Positions 42,615 to 52,529 of a DNA stretch of 64,000 nucleotides are shown in pieces. The DNA comes from Methanothrix sp. (GTDB lineage: Archaea > Halobacteriota > Methanosarcinia > Methanotrichales > Methanotrichaceae), in NCBI GenBank assembly GCA_963682135.1, contig OY821645.1, forward strand, positions 2,016,001 to 2,080,000. The letters are read 5' to 3'. Position numbers and translations under genes: made by a program. Position 1 is the stretch's first letter, and each line of letters begins with the position of its first letter. Under the pieces are notes generated by a model, which did not search any database, was not told where the DNA came from, and saw only the letters and a list, made by a program, of their open reading frames with translations.

Positions 42615-43616
42615 TTATTTTTTATAATCTAATAAGTACTTTCTTAATTTGCGCCAGCTTTCCATCTCATCCTCGTCGGGAATCAGATACTTTGAAGGTA
42701 TGGGCACCTCCATTTTGCTTGCCAGATCAAATCTGTAGAGGTCAAATACTGCCTTTACATGTCGTCCATAGTCTTTAACTGACGAAATCGATGTTGAATA
42801 AAATAAGTAGGCTAATATTAGAGAACAAATCGAGCAGACAATAGCCTCCAGAGTAAAACCGCAGAAATGAAACGCGGCACTGCCTACAAATGCATAGACC
42901 AGAAAAATGAACGAGAGATAGACCAGGAAATCCACCTTAGCACCCCTGAGGTCTAAATCCTCTTTTATCTCGGAAGGCAGAATTAGCCATAGATGTTGCC
43001 AGAAGACCAGCATATGCATGCCGTATTGAATCTCAGAATATTGTTCATATTCAGCAATTATATTTCCAAACCTGGTAGCCGCATCAGGGTATCTCTTGCA
43101 GAATGTCCCCATATTCGGATTATAGGGGTATTCCCTTGCTTTTGCAGATAGCTCGGACTCCTTGCATAATAGCTCTCGAAGTTCCATCTCATCGCAGGAG
43201 TTTTCCTCCATCTCATGAATCTCTTTTTTACGCAGTTTTACCTGGTAAAGACCCCTGTCGATCTCGTTAAACTCATCGAGAACCGCCCTGTATCGCCAAT
43301 TCCAGACAGGCTCCGGCCAGAAGCGCAGGCTTTCAAAGAACTGATAGATCTGCACGTCAAGCTCGCTGAGCATAATCCCCAATAGTATCCCCAAAATTGC
43401 AAACACCAGGATTATATCTGTAAATGAAGAATTATTTGTATTTAACATATTGATGATTTCTTGAAAACAATCCGGGTAGGTATATTTATTTTGGATTAAG
43501 TTATGATATAAACTATAAAATGGAATATAATAGATCAATGAAGCTATGAACCCAGGAATGAATGTCCTGATGATAAAAGAGGGACCAAAGCTGGTTGGAA
43601 TATCAGCAATTCCCAT
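42615..43616 (-). CDS. Multi-TM membrane protein of unknown function
   Basis: 2+2 TM around a soluble segment; TRFGNI..E.Y...YG, W.HLW, YG..VKAVFDLYRFDL motifs. Confidence 0.75.
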   Translation of the reverse strand: MGIADIPTSFGPSFIIRTFIPGFIASLIYYIPFYSLYHNLIQNKYTYPDCFQEIINMLNTNNSSFTDIILVFAILGILLGIMLSELDVQIYQFFESLRFWPEPVWNWRYRAVLDEFNEIDRGLYQVKLRKKEIHEMEENSCDEMELRELLCKESELSAKAREYPYNPNMGTFCKRYPDAATRFGNIIAEYEQYSEIQYGMHMLVFWQHLWLILPSEIKEDLDLRGAKVDFLVYLSFIFLVYAFVGSAAFHFCGFTLEAIVCSICSLILAYLFYSTSISSVKDYGRHVKAVFDLYRFDLASKMEVPIPSKYLIPDEDEMESWRKLRKYLLDYKK

Positions 43617-43629
43617 TTACATGCACCGC

Positions 43630-45441
43630 TTATTTACCAGATCGCTTGTTGTCTATGTTTCTCTTAAACGAAACGATATCATCGAAATCATCGTCATCCA
43701 TTGGGGGCTCTCTTCCCCTATACCCAGTTGCAATTATGACGATGAATCCGCCCGCTATCAGGCCCATCAATTTTAAAATATAATATATTATTACGTTCGA
43801 ATCTTTACCACCACCCATCGCTTCCGCAGCAGTTGCGTTTTCAGTTGTCTTCTCTTCCGTCGCCGCTTCCGCTTCAGTAGCTGCTTCAACGGGATGCTCA
43901 TTGCCGGCCATCTCGTACGCGATCTTATACCTATCATCGTTATCGTTTTCTGAATGGTGTGATGGTATCATAGATTTACTCTCGGGAGGTTTAGGCGAAT
44001 TTGATTTTGAAGGGACATTGGTATCCTCGGTTACCTTTGAATCACTCTCTGGAGGGTTAGATGGAATTGATCTGGATATTTCTAACTTATTGCCAATATT
44101 TAATTTAGAGGGAGAGATATCTACTTCATCTATAATATTGGCACGTTTGCTAAAATCATCTCTAACAATAGACTCAATCTGCCCATCAAGAGTCTCTCCG
44201 TAATTCGCGGAATACATGCTTTTTTGAAAAGATTCGATTGAACTGGATGGACGGATCATGTAATTCTTGTTGAGTTTGGTTTCAGGTTCTATAAAATCCT
44301 TTAAATTCTTGTAACCGACGAGATCTGTGCTATTGAATACATCCAATGACGCAGTCACATTCTCATTCACAATTGAAGGCACAAAATCAACTACGTTCGA
44401 TGGCGTTTCATTTGCTTTGATGCTTGTTTCATTGATCGATTTGTTGGATTGGTTATCAAGGCTGCTTATGTAAACCTGCATTTGTTTTGGCGAGGCATTG
44501 AATGGCCCACCAGGATATGGCGATGCCACATCAAGGTTCAGCCAGACATCATTTGTGCTGAGATTGATATGACTGTAGACATCGCTTACATTATATCTTT
44601 TTTTGATTTGGTCCACAGCCACCAAAACATCATTTCTTTCTTGGGAATTATGCGTTCCCAGGTATGCCTCGGCATACAAATGCAAGTTATCTGAAGAGAG
44701 ATTCGAGGAAATATTTTCAACTTTGCTCGTCACACCATATCCAGCAATAATTCTCGCATCTATTCCTAATTTCTCGCAAAACGCGCTAAGTAGGATGGCA
44801 GGATCTTTTGAACTCTCGTTGACATTATTTATAAAATACAGCATGCTCTGCCACCCAGATTGGGTACCATTTAAGGTCGAACTATTACTGGCATTAATTA
44901 ATATAGAAATTAGTAATCGGGAGTTTTTATTATCCTCTTTTTTGCTAAGATAGTCGAATAGCAAATAGATCAGCAACAGCCTTTCTTCGAAAGAATAATT
45001 GGCAAGCTGGTAATAGCTTAGAGTTTTGCCGTTGTCGTAAATCACATACAAATTGCGGTTTAGAGGGACATTTCCCGCCAGATATTTGCTCAAGTAGGCT
45101 GCGGTAATATTTGTTGATGCCTCAGAATCCGTGAAATTTCCATGGCGGGCCAGAACAGTTCCCAAGATTTCCGACCCATTATAGCCTAACACAGAATTAT
45201 TGTCCAATATATAATCGCCCATATCTGAAAAGACATATGCAATGCTATCCGAGGCATTGACGGCTAAGGGGGTGACAAAGGTCGGTGCATTCTGCAAAGC
45301 TTCTTGCTTTGACAAAATATCTGCGGGCCCGACTTTATTTTCCAGCGAACATGCCAAGTCCAATTCAAGGCAAATCAGGGTCACAGACAGAACAACGGTA
45401 AGTGCTAGTCGGACTGCTGCAATATTGTTGTCCATTATCAT
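43630..45441 (-). CDS. Type-I membrane protein with degenerate transglutaminase-like domain
   Basis: Signal peptide; AILLS....LG..AR, HLYAEAY, WLNLD; S/P/E/A-rich stalk; single C-terminal TM; short tail. Confidence 0.7.
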   Translation of the reverse strand: MIMDNNIAAVRLALTVVLSVTLICLELDLACSLENKVGPADILSKQEALQNAPTFVTPLAVNASDSIAYVFSDMGDYILDNNSVLGYNGSEILGTVLARHGNFTDSEASTNITAAYLSKYLAGNVPLNRNLYVIYDNGKTLSYYQLANYSFEERLLLIYLLFDYLSKKEDNKNSRLLISILINASNSSTLNGTQSGWQSMLYFINNVNESSKDPAILLSAFCEKLGIDARIIAGYGVTSKVENISSNLSSDNLHLYAEAYLGTHNSQERNDVLVAVDQIKKRYNVSDVYSHINLSTNDVWLNLDVASPYPGGPFNASPKQMQVYISSLDNQSNKSINETSIKANETPSNVVDFVPSIVNENVTASLDVFNSTDLVGYKNLKDFIEPETKLNKNYMIRPSSSIESFQKSMYSANYGETLDGQIESIVRDDFSKRANIIDEVDISPSKLNIGNKLEISRSIPSNPPESDSKVTEDTNVPSKSNSPKPPESKSMIPSHHSENDNDDRYKIAYEMAGNEHPVEAATEAEAATEEKTTENATAAEAMGGGKDSNVIIYYILKLMGLIAGGFIVIIATGYRGREPPMDDDDFDDIVSFKRNIDNKRSGK

Positions 45442-46194
45442 CGGCCTTCTTTTGTTCTTATACAATTTGATTCGATTCAAGAGCTGAATTGTATACTTGT
45501 ATGGACTTTTGCCGGGTTTCCGAAATGTACCATCATGCAGATGGCATTATTTTTTAAGGATATATAGTTTTTTTCATAAGAGGCTTCCTATAAGTCAACC
45601 TAAAGTTTAACACCGATTATTTATATGTGCATCAAGTTTGCGAGGGTATTTCATACCAGGATATTGGAAACCTTTTCCTCCCGCGGTTAAATCTCTCGGA
45701 GCGATTTTCGAAAAATTAAATTCCGATCACTTCCAGAATTGCCACCATCACTTTTTCTTTGTCTTCTCTTCGCCGGGCTTCAATGATAACTGGCTTATGC
45801 TTTGGGTGAGCTGAGCCACATGGCATTCTAATTATGATCGCAGATGAATATTATTTCTTGAGCTGGTTAGATATTCAAATCTGATCGTTGCCAATTGATA
45901 CGGTTGGTAGCGTCACATTCCTCATTGACAGACGGATAAGATATTGCCCAGGATTGCTACCACGTTGTCCTGGATTGTGACCGGACTGTTCGGGTGCAGC
46001 AGGATTGGCAATCTTGATCTGCGCGACTGCCCATTATAATTAAGGGTAATACATCAATAAGGATTGGATAACTGGTAATAGGTATTTATCCTCGGAGGAG
46101 TGAGTAATCAGGATATAGGGCCACTGCGAATTTACAGCAGACGAGGCATGCTACCACAGTACCATAAATACAGGAGACGGAAGGAGATGAAAAC

Positions 46195-46959
46195 ATGAAA
46201 TGGTTGATATGCACATTTTGTATCCTTGCGCTAGCTGGGGTCGCATTGAGTGCTGACAAGATGGAAAATCAGACTAAGTTTATATTTCTTCAAGAAGGAT
46301 CTAGCGGCAGTTTTGTAAATGACAGCTCAGGCAACTACACCCTGACCATGAACGATGTAGTTCCTTATACCGTATTCTTCGCAGATCGTCCTGCACGGGA
46401 TGTCGGATTAGCACCGATAGATAAGTTCCTCAAAGGATTTAACTTTGGAATCAATAATCCACCTAATGCTGCAATAATACTCCCTGATGAAAATGAGACA
46501 TCCGACATGATGGTAGTGGAACTGACGAACCCACAATATAACAATATTACTAAGACGCTGACATACAAGGCCAAACGACTCAAGAATTATTCATTTCAAT
46601 CAGGGTGGTTACAGGATCATGCCAGTGAGGTTGATCCCGCTATTCCTGAAAAATTTGGTAGTGTCAATCTGGTAATTGACGACAGCCCACTGTTGTTGAG
46701 CAGAGTTGCATTGACCAAGCATGATAAAAAGGGTTCTGATAACACGGGGCCAGATAAAAAGGAGGAGGGCAAGGATAAAGATCTGGGGCCTGTGAAGGAT
46801 TGTCCGCAGGGAGTATGCGGCGACTTGCAATGTCCTCCTCCAGGGTATGTGTGTTGTGGCGGAGCGCCGTGCCTTTCGGATGAATGCATTAATGACCAAT
46901 GTGACAACGATCCCACCGCACACCCTGATCATAAGGAGCTTGAACATAAGGGGGGTTGA
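46195..46959 (+). CDS. Secreted protein with Cys-rich C-terminus
   Basis: Signal peptide, RBS GGAG; FADRP.R, PPNAA, LVID domain; CPQGVCG..CCG..C..C..C tail. Confidence 0.75.
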   Translation: MKWLICTFCILALAGVALSADKMENQTKFIFLQEGSSGSFVNDSSGNYTLTMNDVVPYTVFFADRPARDVGLAPIDKFLKGFNFGINNPPNAAIILPDENETSDMMVVELTNPQYNNITKTLTYKAKRLKNYSFQSGWLQDHASEVDPAIPEKFGSVNLVIDDSPLLLSRVALTKHDKKGSDNTGPDKKEEGKDKDLGPVKDCPQGVCGDLQCPPPGYVCCGGAPCLSDECINDQCDNDPTAHPDHKELEHKGG

Positions 46960-47070
46960 ATCCTGCTTACTTTTTCAGCAAAGGGTTTTGAGTCGTCTAT
47001 CTCCAGTCCGATCTCCCGCACTATATCAGGTCGGCCCGAAAAATGCATTTAAATCTTACCTGTAAGAAGA

Positions 47071-47176
47071 TGCCGGGGGCGGGATTCGAGCCCGCGACTT
47101 CGAGATACCTCAGGAAGCGCGCGTTAATCGTATTACCCTATGAGTCTCGCGCCCTAACCAGCTAGGCCACCCCGGC
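47071..47176 (-). tRNA. Elongator tRNA-Met(CAU) with 32-nt canonical intron (47107-47138)
   Basis: GCCGGGG/CCCCGGC acceptor stem, CGAGA-CTCATA|intron|A-TCTCG, CTCA/TGAG bulge-helix-bulge core. Confidence 0.93.
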
Positions 47177-47308
47177 ACGGCATAGATCCTCAATTGAATT
47201 GTTAAATAAGGTTTGTGCCTGCACGCTCACAGGTGCGTGCGCCCGTGGCCCACGGGCGGGTGGGGAAAGAGCCATCATTTAGTAGCTCTATAGATCTGCA
47301 AGACCATC

Positions 47309-48505
47309 ATGCCCTCCGACATAACAGGCTCAGTAAGCGATACGCTTTCCAAAAAGACGATAGTAGTAGGAGTTACAGGCAGCATCGCCGCCGTGCGGGT
47401 GGTGGACCTCATTCGCGATCTGATCCGGCGCGGCGCAGAGGTGCACACTGTTGCAAGCAGCGCCGCCCTGCAGATCCTGCATCCCTACGCTCTGCAGTAC
47501 GCCACTAACCATGCCGTGATTACGGAGATAACCGGCCAGGTGGAGCATGTGCAGTTTTGCGGCGTGGGCGGTCTGGCGGACCTTCTGCTCATCGCGCCTG
47601 CCACTGCCAACACCATCGGCAAAATGGCTTGCGGCATCGACGACACGCCCGTGACCACGTTCGCCACCACGGCTTTGGGCAGCGGAAAGCTCGTCGCCGT
47701 TGTTCCTGCCATGCATGAAGCCATGTACCGCCACCCGGCAGTGCTGCGCAATTTGCAGACGCTGCAGGGCATGGGCGTGACACTCATCGATCCACGCCTG
47801 GAAGAGGGCAAGGCCAAGATCGCCGACAACCTGACCGTGGTGCGAGAGGTGGAAAGGCTGCTGGGGCCGGCAGACCTGGCCGGCAAAAGGATCGTCATCA
47901 CCAGCGGCTCGAATGCCGAGACAGTCGATCCCATCCGCATCCTCACCAACCGCGCCTCGGGCAAGACCGGCATGGCCCTGGCACTGGAGGCGCGCCGGCG
48001 CGGCGCAGAGGTGACGCTGGTGCACCGCTTCATGCAGGACATCCCTGTTCGCCAGGTCTACGCCGAGAGCGCCAGGGAGATGCTGAACGCAGTTCTCGCT
48101 GAGCTGGAGAGGGGCTGCGACGCCCTGATCAGCGCCGCTGCCGTGGCCGACTACACGCTGGACGCAAGCGCGGATAAGATCAAGTCCGGCCAGGATCTGG
48201 TGCTGCATCTTTTGCCCACCCAAAAGATCATCAAGACGGTGCGTGAGGCCTATCCCCATCTGAAGATTGTGGGCTTCAAAGCCGAGACGGGTGTGACAGA
48301 CGAAGAGCTTGTACTTCGGGCAAAGAAATCCATGCAGGGCGCTGGGTTGGATCTGGTGGTGGCCAACGATGTCGCCCGGGGCGGCATGGGCACGGATGAC
48401 AATCGTGTCCTAATAATAGACCGCCTGGTTTCGCGCAAAGTGGCGGAGGGCAAAAAGGGCCTGATTGCAAAGATGATTATAGATGCCCTGGTGGAGATTT
48501 TATGA
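47309..48505 (+). CDS. coaBC: Phosphopantothenoylcysteine decarboxylase/ligase
   Basis: GVTGSIAA, APATANT, PAMH, DPIRILTNRASGKTG, AAVAD, GFKAE, VAND. Confidence 0.95.
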   Translation: MPSDITGSVSDTLSKKTIVVGVTGSIAAVRVVDLIRDLIRRGAEVHTVASSAALQILHPYALQYATNHAVITEITGQVEHVQFCGVGGLADLLLIAPATANTIGKMACGIDDTPVTTFATTALGSGKLVAVVPAMHEAMYRHPAVLRNLQTLQGMGVTLIDPRLEEGKAKIADNLTVVREVERLLGPADLAGKRIVITSGSNAETVDPIRILTNRASGKTGMALALEARRRGAEVTLVHRFMQDIPVRQVYAESAREMLNAVLAELERGCDALISAAAVADYTLDASADKIKSGQDLVLHLLPTQKIIKTVREAYPHLKIVGFKAETGVTDEELVLRAKKSMQGAGLDLVVANDVARGGMGTDDNRVLIIDRLVSRKVAEGKKGLIAKMIIDALVEIL

Positions 48506-49362
48506 GCGGCTGCACCAAGTGCGCTCAGGCCTTTGTGCCCTCTCACATTACCGGCTTTTTTGCCGCCCACCGCCGCGAGGAGCCGCGCCTCGCAGGCTCC
48601 GTTGGCTGCGGCCTGTGTCTTTCCCTGGGTGCTACTACTATCGTAGAATCCGCTCCTGATATCCAGGAGACGGAAATCTTTCTCAACGGTGTCCTCTCTG
48701 AGGCTCCCGTTTCCAGGTATGTGGTGGAAAAACTGGCCAAGGGGCCGGTGCGGGTGAAGACAGAGCTGCAGATGCCTTTTGGGGCGGGCTTCGGAGCCAG
48801 CGGGGCAGGGGCCCTGGGCTGTGCCTATGCCCTTAACTCATTTTTTGATCTGGGCCTCACGGCGCACGGGGTCGCAGCCGTAGCCCACGAGGCAGAGGTC
48901 ATGCATCGAACTGGTCTGGGAGACGTCATCGCCCAGAATGCCGGCGGCCTGGTAGTGCGACTGGAGCCGGGCGCGCCCGGTACAGGGAGAATCGATCACA
49001 TACCAGTTCCGCCCCTGCCCATCAGCTATGTGGTGCGAGGCCCCATCTCCACTAGCCAGGTTCTCTCCGACGAACGGGTAATGGCCTCGGTCAACGCAGC
49101 GGGCGAGGCGGCCTTGAAGGAGCTATTGAAGAGGCCCACATTCACAAATTTCCTGCAGCTCTCCCGCCGCTTCACTGTGACCTGTGGCCTGGCCAGCGAT
49201 TGGGCCTTGCAGGCCATCGAGGCAGTGGAGGCGGCGGGCGGCATGGCCGGCATGATCATGCTGGGCGACGCAGTCTTCGCCTTTGGGGGGGCCACGGCCC
49301 TCCGGGGCTTCGGCGAGGTTCATACTACTACTATCTCACAAAGAGGTGCCAATCTTGACTGA
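48502..49362 (+). CDS. pok: Pantoate kinase (GHMP family)
   Basis: FVPSHITGFF, GSVGCG, PFGAGFGASGA, TGLGDV. Confidence 0.9.
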   Translation: MSGCTKCAQAFVPSHITGFFAAHRREEPRLAGSVGCGLCLSLGATTIVESAPDIQETEIFLNGVLSEAPVSRYVVEKLAKGPVRVKTELQMPFGAGFGASGAGALGCAYALNSFFDLGLTAHGVAAVAHEAEVMHRTGLGDVIAQNAGGLVVRLEPGAPGTGRIDHIPVPPLPISYVVRGPISTSQVLSDERVMASVNAAGEAALKELLKRPTFTNFLQLSRRFTVTCGLASDWALQAIEAVEAAGGMAGMIMLGDAVFAFGGATALRGFGEVHTTTISQRGANLD

Positions 49363-50119
49363 TATTCCAGCGTCTCATCCCAGGTATGCTTCTTTGGTGG
49401 CACGCGAGCGCGTAGCCCAGGGAGTGAAGAGCGGTTACACCAGCAGCCAGGGGCTCATTGCCCAGGGCAGAGGCGAATGTTTTGACTATCTTTTGGGCGA
49501 GAAGACTACAGCTTCGGCAGAGGTGGCAACGAAGGCGGCTGCGGCCCTGCTGCTCCTGGCGCGCCGGCCTGCGCTCAGCGTAAACGGCAACGTGGCCGTG
49601 CTCGTCGCAGAGGAGATGGTAGCCCTGGCCACGGCGCTTTGCATCCCTCTGGAGGTCAACCTCTTCCACCGCTCCGAGGAGCGAGTTAAGAAGATCGCCG
49701 ACCTCCTGCGGGAGAAAGGCGCAAAAGAGGTGCTGGGAGAGAATCCTGATGCATCCGTTCCCGGTCTGGACCACGCCCGGGCGCTGGCGACAAGGGGCGG
49801 GATTTACGATGCCGATGTGGTCCTCATTCCCCTGGAGGACGGCGACCGCTGCGAGGCGCTGGTGGACATGGGAAAGAAGGTCATCGCCATCGATCTCAAT
49901 CCATTGTCCCGCACGGCCCGAAAGGCCACGGTGAGCATCGTGGACAATATTCTGAGGGCGGTGCCCAACATGGCGGGTCAGGTCAGGAGGCTATCGGAGC
50001 TGCCGCGCGCGGATCTGGAGAGAATGGTGCAGGAGTACGACAACGAAACGATTTTGCGCCAGGCAGTGCAGGAGATACAGGATCATCTGGAAAGGCAGTT
50101 TCGAGAGGGCGCTAACTAA
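49355..50119 (+). CDS. pps: Phosphopantothenate synthetase (4-phosphopantoate--beta-alanine ligase)
   Basis: IPASHPRY, GRGECFDYLLGE, SVNGN, PLEDGDR, IDLNPLSRT. Confidence 0.93.
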   Translation: MTDIPASHPRYASLVARERVAQGVKSGYTSSQGLIAQGRGECFDYLLGEKTTASAEVATKAAAALLLLARRPALSVNGNVAVLVAEEMVALATALCIPLEVNLFHRSEERVKKIADLLREKGAKEVLGENPDASVPGLDHARALATRGGIYDADVVLIPLEDGDRCEALVDMGKKVIAIDLNPLSRTARKATVSIVDNILRAVPNMAGQVRRLSELPRADLERMVQEYDNETILRQAVQEIQDHLERQFREGAN

Positions 50120-50163
50120 CTTATCCGGGCCTCTTGTCGCCTTCTGCACGCTCTGGTCCGGGT

Positions 50164-50199
50164 TTGAAGATAAGTGCGTATAACTTGCACTTATTTCAA
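50164..50199. terminator. Inverted repeat downstream of pps
   Basis: TTGAAGATAAGTGC-N9-GCACTTATTTCAA. Confidence 0.4.
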
Positions 50200-50491
50200 T
50201 GATTGCCTGCTGTTGATTAACTCGCACCTGTAAAACGAAAAAAATGCCGCAAAATCCGCCGCGAACCATCAGAGACCTTGCGATGACGAAAGCATATTTA
50301 TAAAAATATTATCTGCCTTCTTCACGCCGAAAGAGCTGGAGGAATTTCAGAAATTGGAGTTTTAAAGAGGCGGTGCATATGCCGCACGCTCCTCTTTAGT
50401 TAACGTTGAGTGGCATTGTCTCCTGCCTCGTCGCGCTCCCGGCAATCTTTCTTCTGGGCGCAGCAGCTCGCATCACCCATGAAGGGATAAT

Positions 50492-52132
50492 TCATCTCAT
50501 CACAGTTCCGCTAATTGTGATGAATAATAAGATCGAGAATAAACCTCCGAGAATTCTCTCCAGAACAAATACCTTTTTTATCAGATAGGGAGTCAGATAA
50601 AGAGCATCTGGTACGGCAGGCGGATCGATAAATAGCTTTGTTCCGGAAAGAAAGATCGTTGCGCTAAAGCTTATTGCGTACAAGAATCTATTAACCTTGC
50701 TCCATAAAATAGAATAACGCGATGGTTTTTTAATAATATTGTCTGCGAAGCTATATTCATCTCGTACGATCATATTGACTTCTGGTTTTCCTAGTCCAAC
50801 CCATGTCCAGAAAAGGCCAAAGATGGTTATGACCAATAAAGACCAGAGCAAAGGATTCAGGGGCTTCTTGCCATATCCATAGGAATATTGCAGGAATGTA
50901 TCCAGATATTTCATAAATGGGCGGGTCCCTGGCCAAGGCTGTTTTCTATGCTCAATTCGGTATTCGTAATAACAACTATCAAAGTCCTCATAGTAGCCGA
51001 GTTTCTTAAAATTCTCCAATAAAGATAAATATGCAGAATCATCGTAATCGAGCTTTTTAATATTATACCACCTTATATACAATTTATTGTAACTTGACCT
51101 CTTTAAAAAAAGAACGCCTTTGATTGTCGTGCCTTCAAATACCGCATCCCTACTAAATTGTCTATTGATGAAACTAAGATTATTATCAAAAATACTATCA
51201 AGAAAATAAGCTTCTTTGCCGAAATAACCTTGGCCGAAATCTACTGGTCCATGATAATTGGTTAGACTGAAGTAGGAACATTCGTCAAATCTTGAGTTAC
51301 TAAAGTCCGATGATCCGTTGAACTCAGAAGCAGTAAAATCAGCCAAATTTTTAAAATCAGACTCAAAGAAGCTAATATTCCCTTTAAAATAGGCATTTCC
51401 GAATTTGGTAAGGCCGTTGAATTTGCCATAATTGAAATCTGTTTGATCTCCAAAATAGGAGTACGAGAAGATCGCATCTTTATTAAACCTGGAATCGGTG
51501 AAAGCGACTGACTTTTGAAAACTTGATGCCTCAAAGTACGCATTTTTATTGAATGTCGAATGGATAAATCCGGCGGATTCACCAAATGTCGAGCTTTGAA
51601 AATCGGCTTCGTCATCGAACATGGATTCGCTGAAATCTACTGGCCCGATGAATCTGGAGTCCCAAAAGTGAGATTGACCGTTGAACTCAGAGTTTTGGAA
51701 ATTGGCGTACTTATTAAACTCACAGGCCGTAAAGTCAGCGATCCCGGTGATGTGGACGTTATTGAAGTCTGCCGATTCGCTGAAATTGGCGCAGCTATAG
51801 TACGCAGATTTATTAAAATCACAGTAACTGAAATCTGCAATTTCGCCAAACTTACAGTTGTTAAAATAGGCACCGCCATTGAAGCAACTTGTATTAAATT
51901 TAGCTCCGTTTGAGAAGGTGGTGTTATTAAAGTGCACATCCTCTTCTATCTTCGTTCCATTGAGAACCAGATTTCCGATTACGATGCAATTATCAAAATT
52001 AGCAATATCTCCACTTCTGATTGCAGTCTCGACTGCTCTGGCCGAAACCACCTCTTGGCTAATTGCATTGCATGTGGCAAACAGTGTCGCAATAACTAAA
52101 ATTATCATTATTTGCCACATGTGTACTAGCAT
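50492..52132 (-). CDS. Phe-type pentapeptide-repeat protein with C-terminal membrane domain
   Basis: Signal peptide, 11-residue (A/T)xFxxxxFxxx repeats, YGYGKKP followed by TM helices. Confidence 0.85.
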   Translation of the reverse strand: MLVHMWQIMIILVIATLFATCNAISQEVVSARAVETAIRSGDIANFDNCIVIGNLVLNGTKIEEDVHFNNTTFSNGAKFNTSCFNGGAYFNNCKFGEIADFSYCDFNKSAYYSCANFSESADFNNVHITGIADFTACEFNKYANFQNSEFNGQSHFWDSRFIGPVDFSESMFDDEADFQSSTFGESAGFIHSTFNKNAYFEASSFQKSVAFTDSRFNKDAIFSYSYFGDQTDFNYGKFNGLTKFGNAYFKGNISFFESDFKNLADFTASEFNGSSDFSNSRFDECSYFSLTNYHGPVDFGQGYFGKEAYFLDSIFDNNLSFINRQFSRDAVFEGTTIKGVLFLKRSSYNKLYIRWYNIKKLDYDDSAYLSLLENFKKLGYYEDFDSCYYEYRIEHRKQPWPGTRPFMKYLDTFLQYSYGYGKKPLNPLLWSLLVITIFGLFWTWVGLGKPEVNMIVRDEYSFADNIIKKPSRYSILWSKVNRFLYAISFSATIFLSGTKLFIDPPAVPDALYLTPYLIKKVFVLERILGGLFSILLFITISGTVMR

Positions 52133-52485
52133 GCACCACCTTTTATTATTCTTATATTAATATCCGGTGCATATCCTGATCTAGGGTTTCCAACCTTTAC
52201 ACCGCTGATAGAACCGCAAAGAATATCTGAACCTCTAATTTTTTTTGCCGATATTTTGTGAGATCCGTTAGGTGAAATCTGGATGGTCAGGCTTCCTTGT
52301 GTGTCTGTTGATCCCTTTTTCACGTTATCTAATGATATGGATGCCCCCTGTACAGGAATTTTATTATTATTCCTGTCAAATTCATAGACCTTAACCCTTA
52401 CATTTGTAGCGCTCACCGACGATACTAATGCAAAAACTAATATAAAAATCATTAATGTCCTTGTTGCATTCATTTCAACCACCAC
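52126..52485 (-). CDS. Small secreted protein with carboxypeptidase-regulatory/PEGA-like domain
   Basis: Signal peptide; PVQGASISLD..GSTD..G motif. Confidence 0.65.
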   Translation of the reverse strand: MVVEMNATRTLMIFILVFALVSSVSATNVRVKVYEFDRNNNKIPVQGASISLDNVKKGSTDTQGSLTIQISPNGSHKISAKKIRGSDILCGSISGVKVGNPRSGYAPDINIRIIKGGAC

Positions 52486-52529
52486 AATGGTGCACTAAAT
52501 TATTGGTGCAAGTATTTATTATTTTGTCT

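Noticed and set aside
45500-46150. Possible gene fragments in the long intergenic gap
   Set aside because: Only short frames with no recognisable family
47309-47900. CoaC domain lacks the bacterial ACG..G.G motif
   Set aside because: The EEGKAK-type variant is typical of archaeal CoaBC
50240-50400. Hairpin AAAGAGG/CCTCTTT and short coding-like stretch
   Set aside because: Cannot be assigned to an IS or gene family from sequence alone
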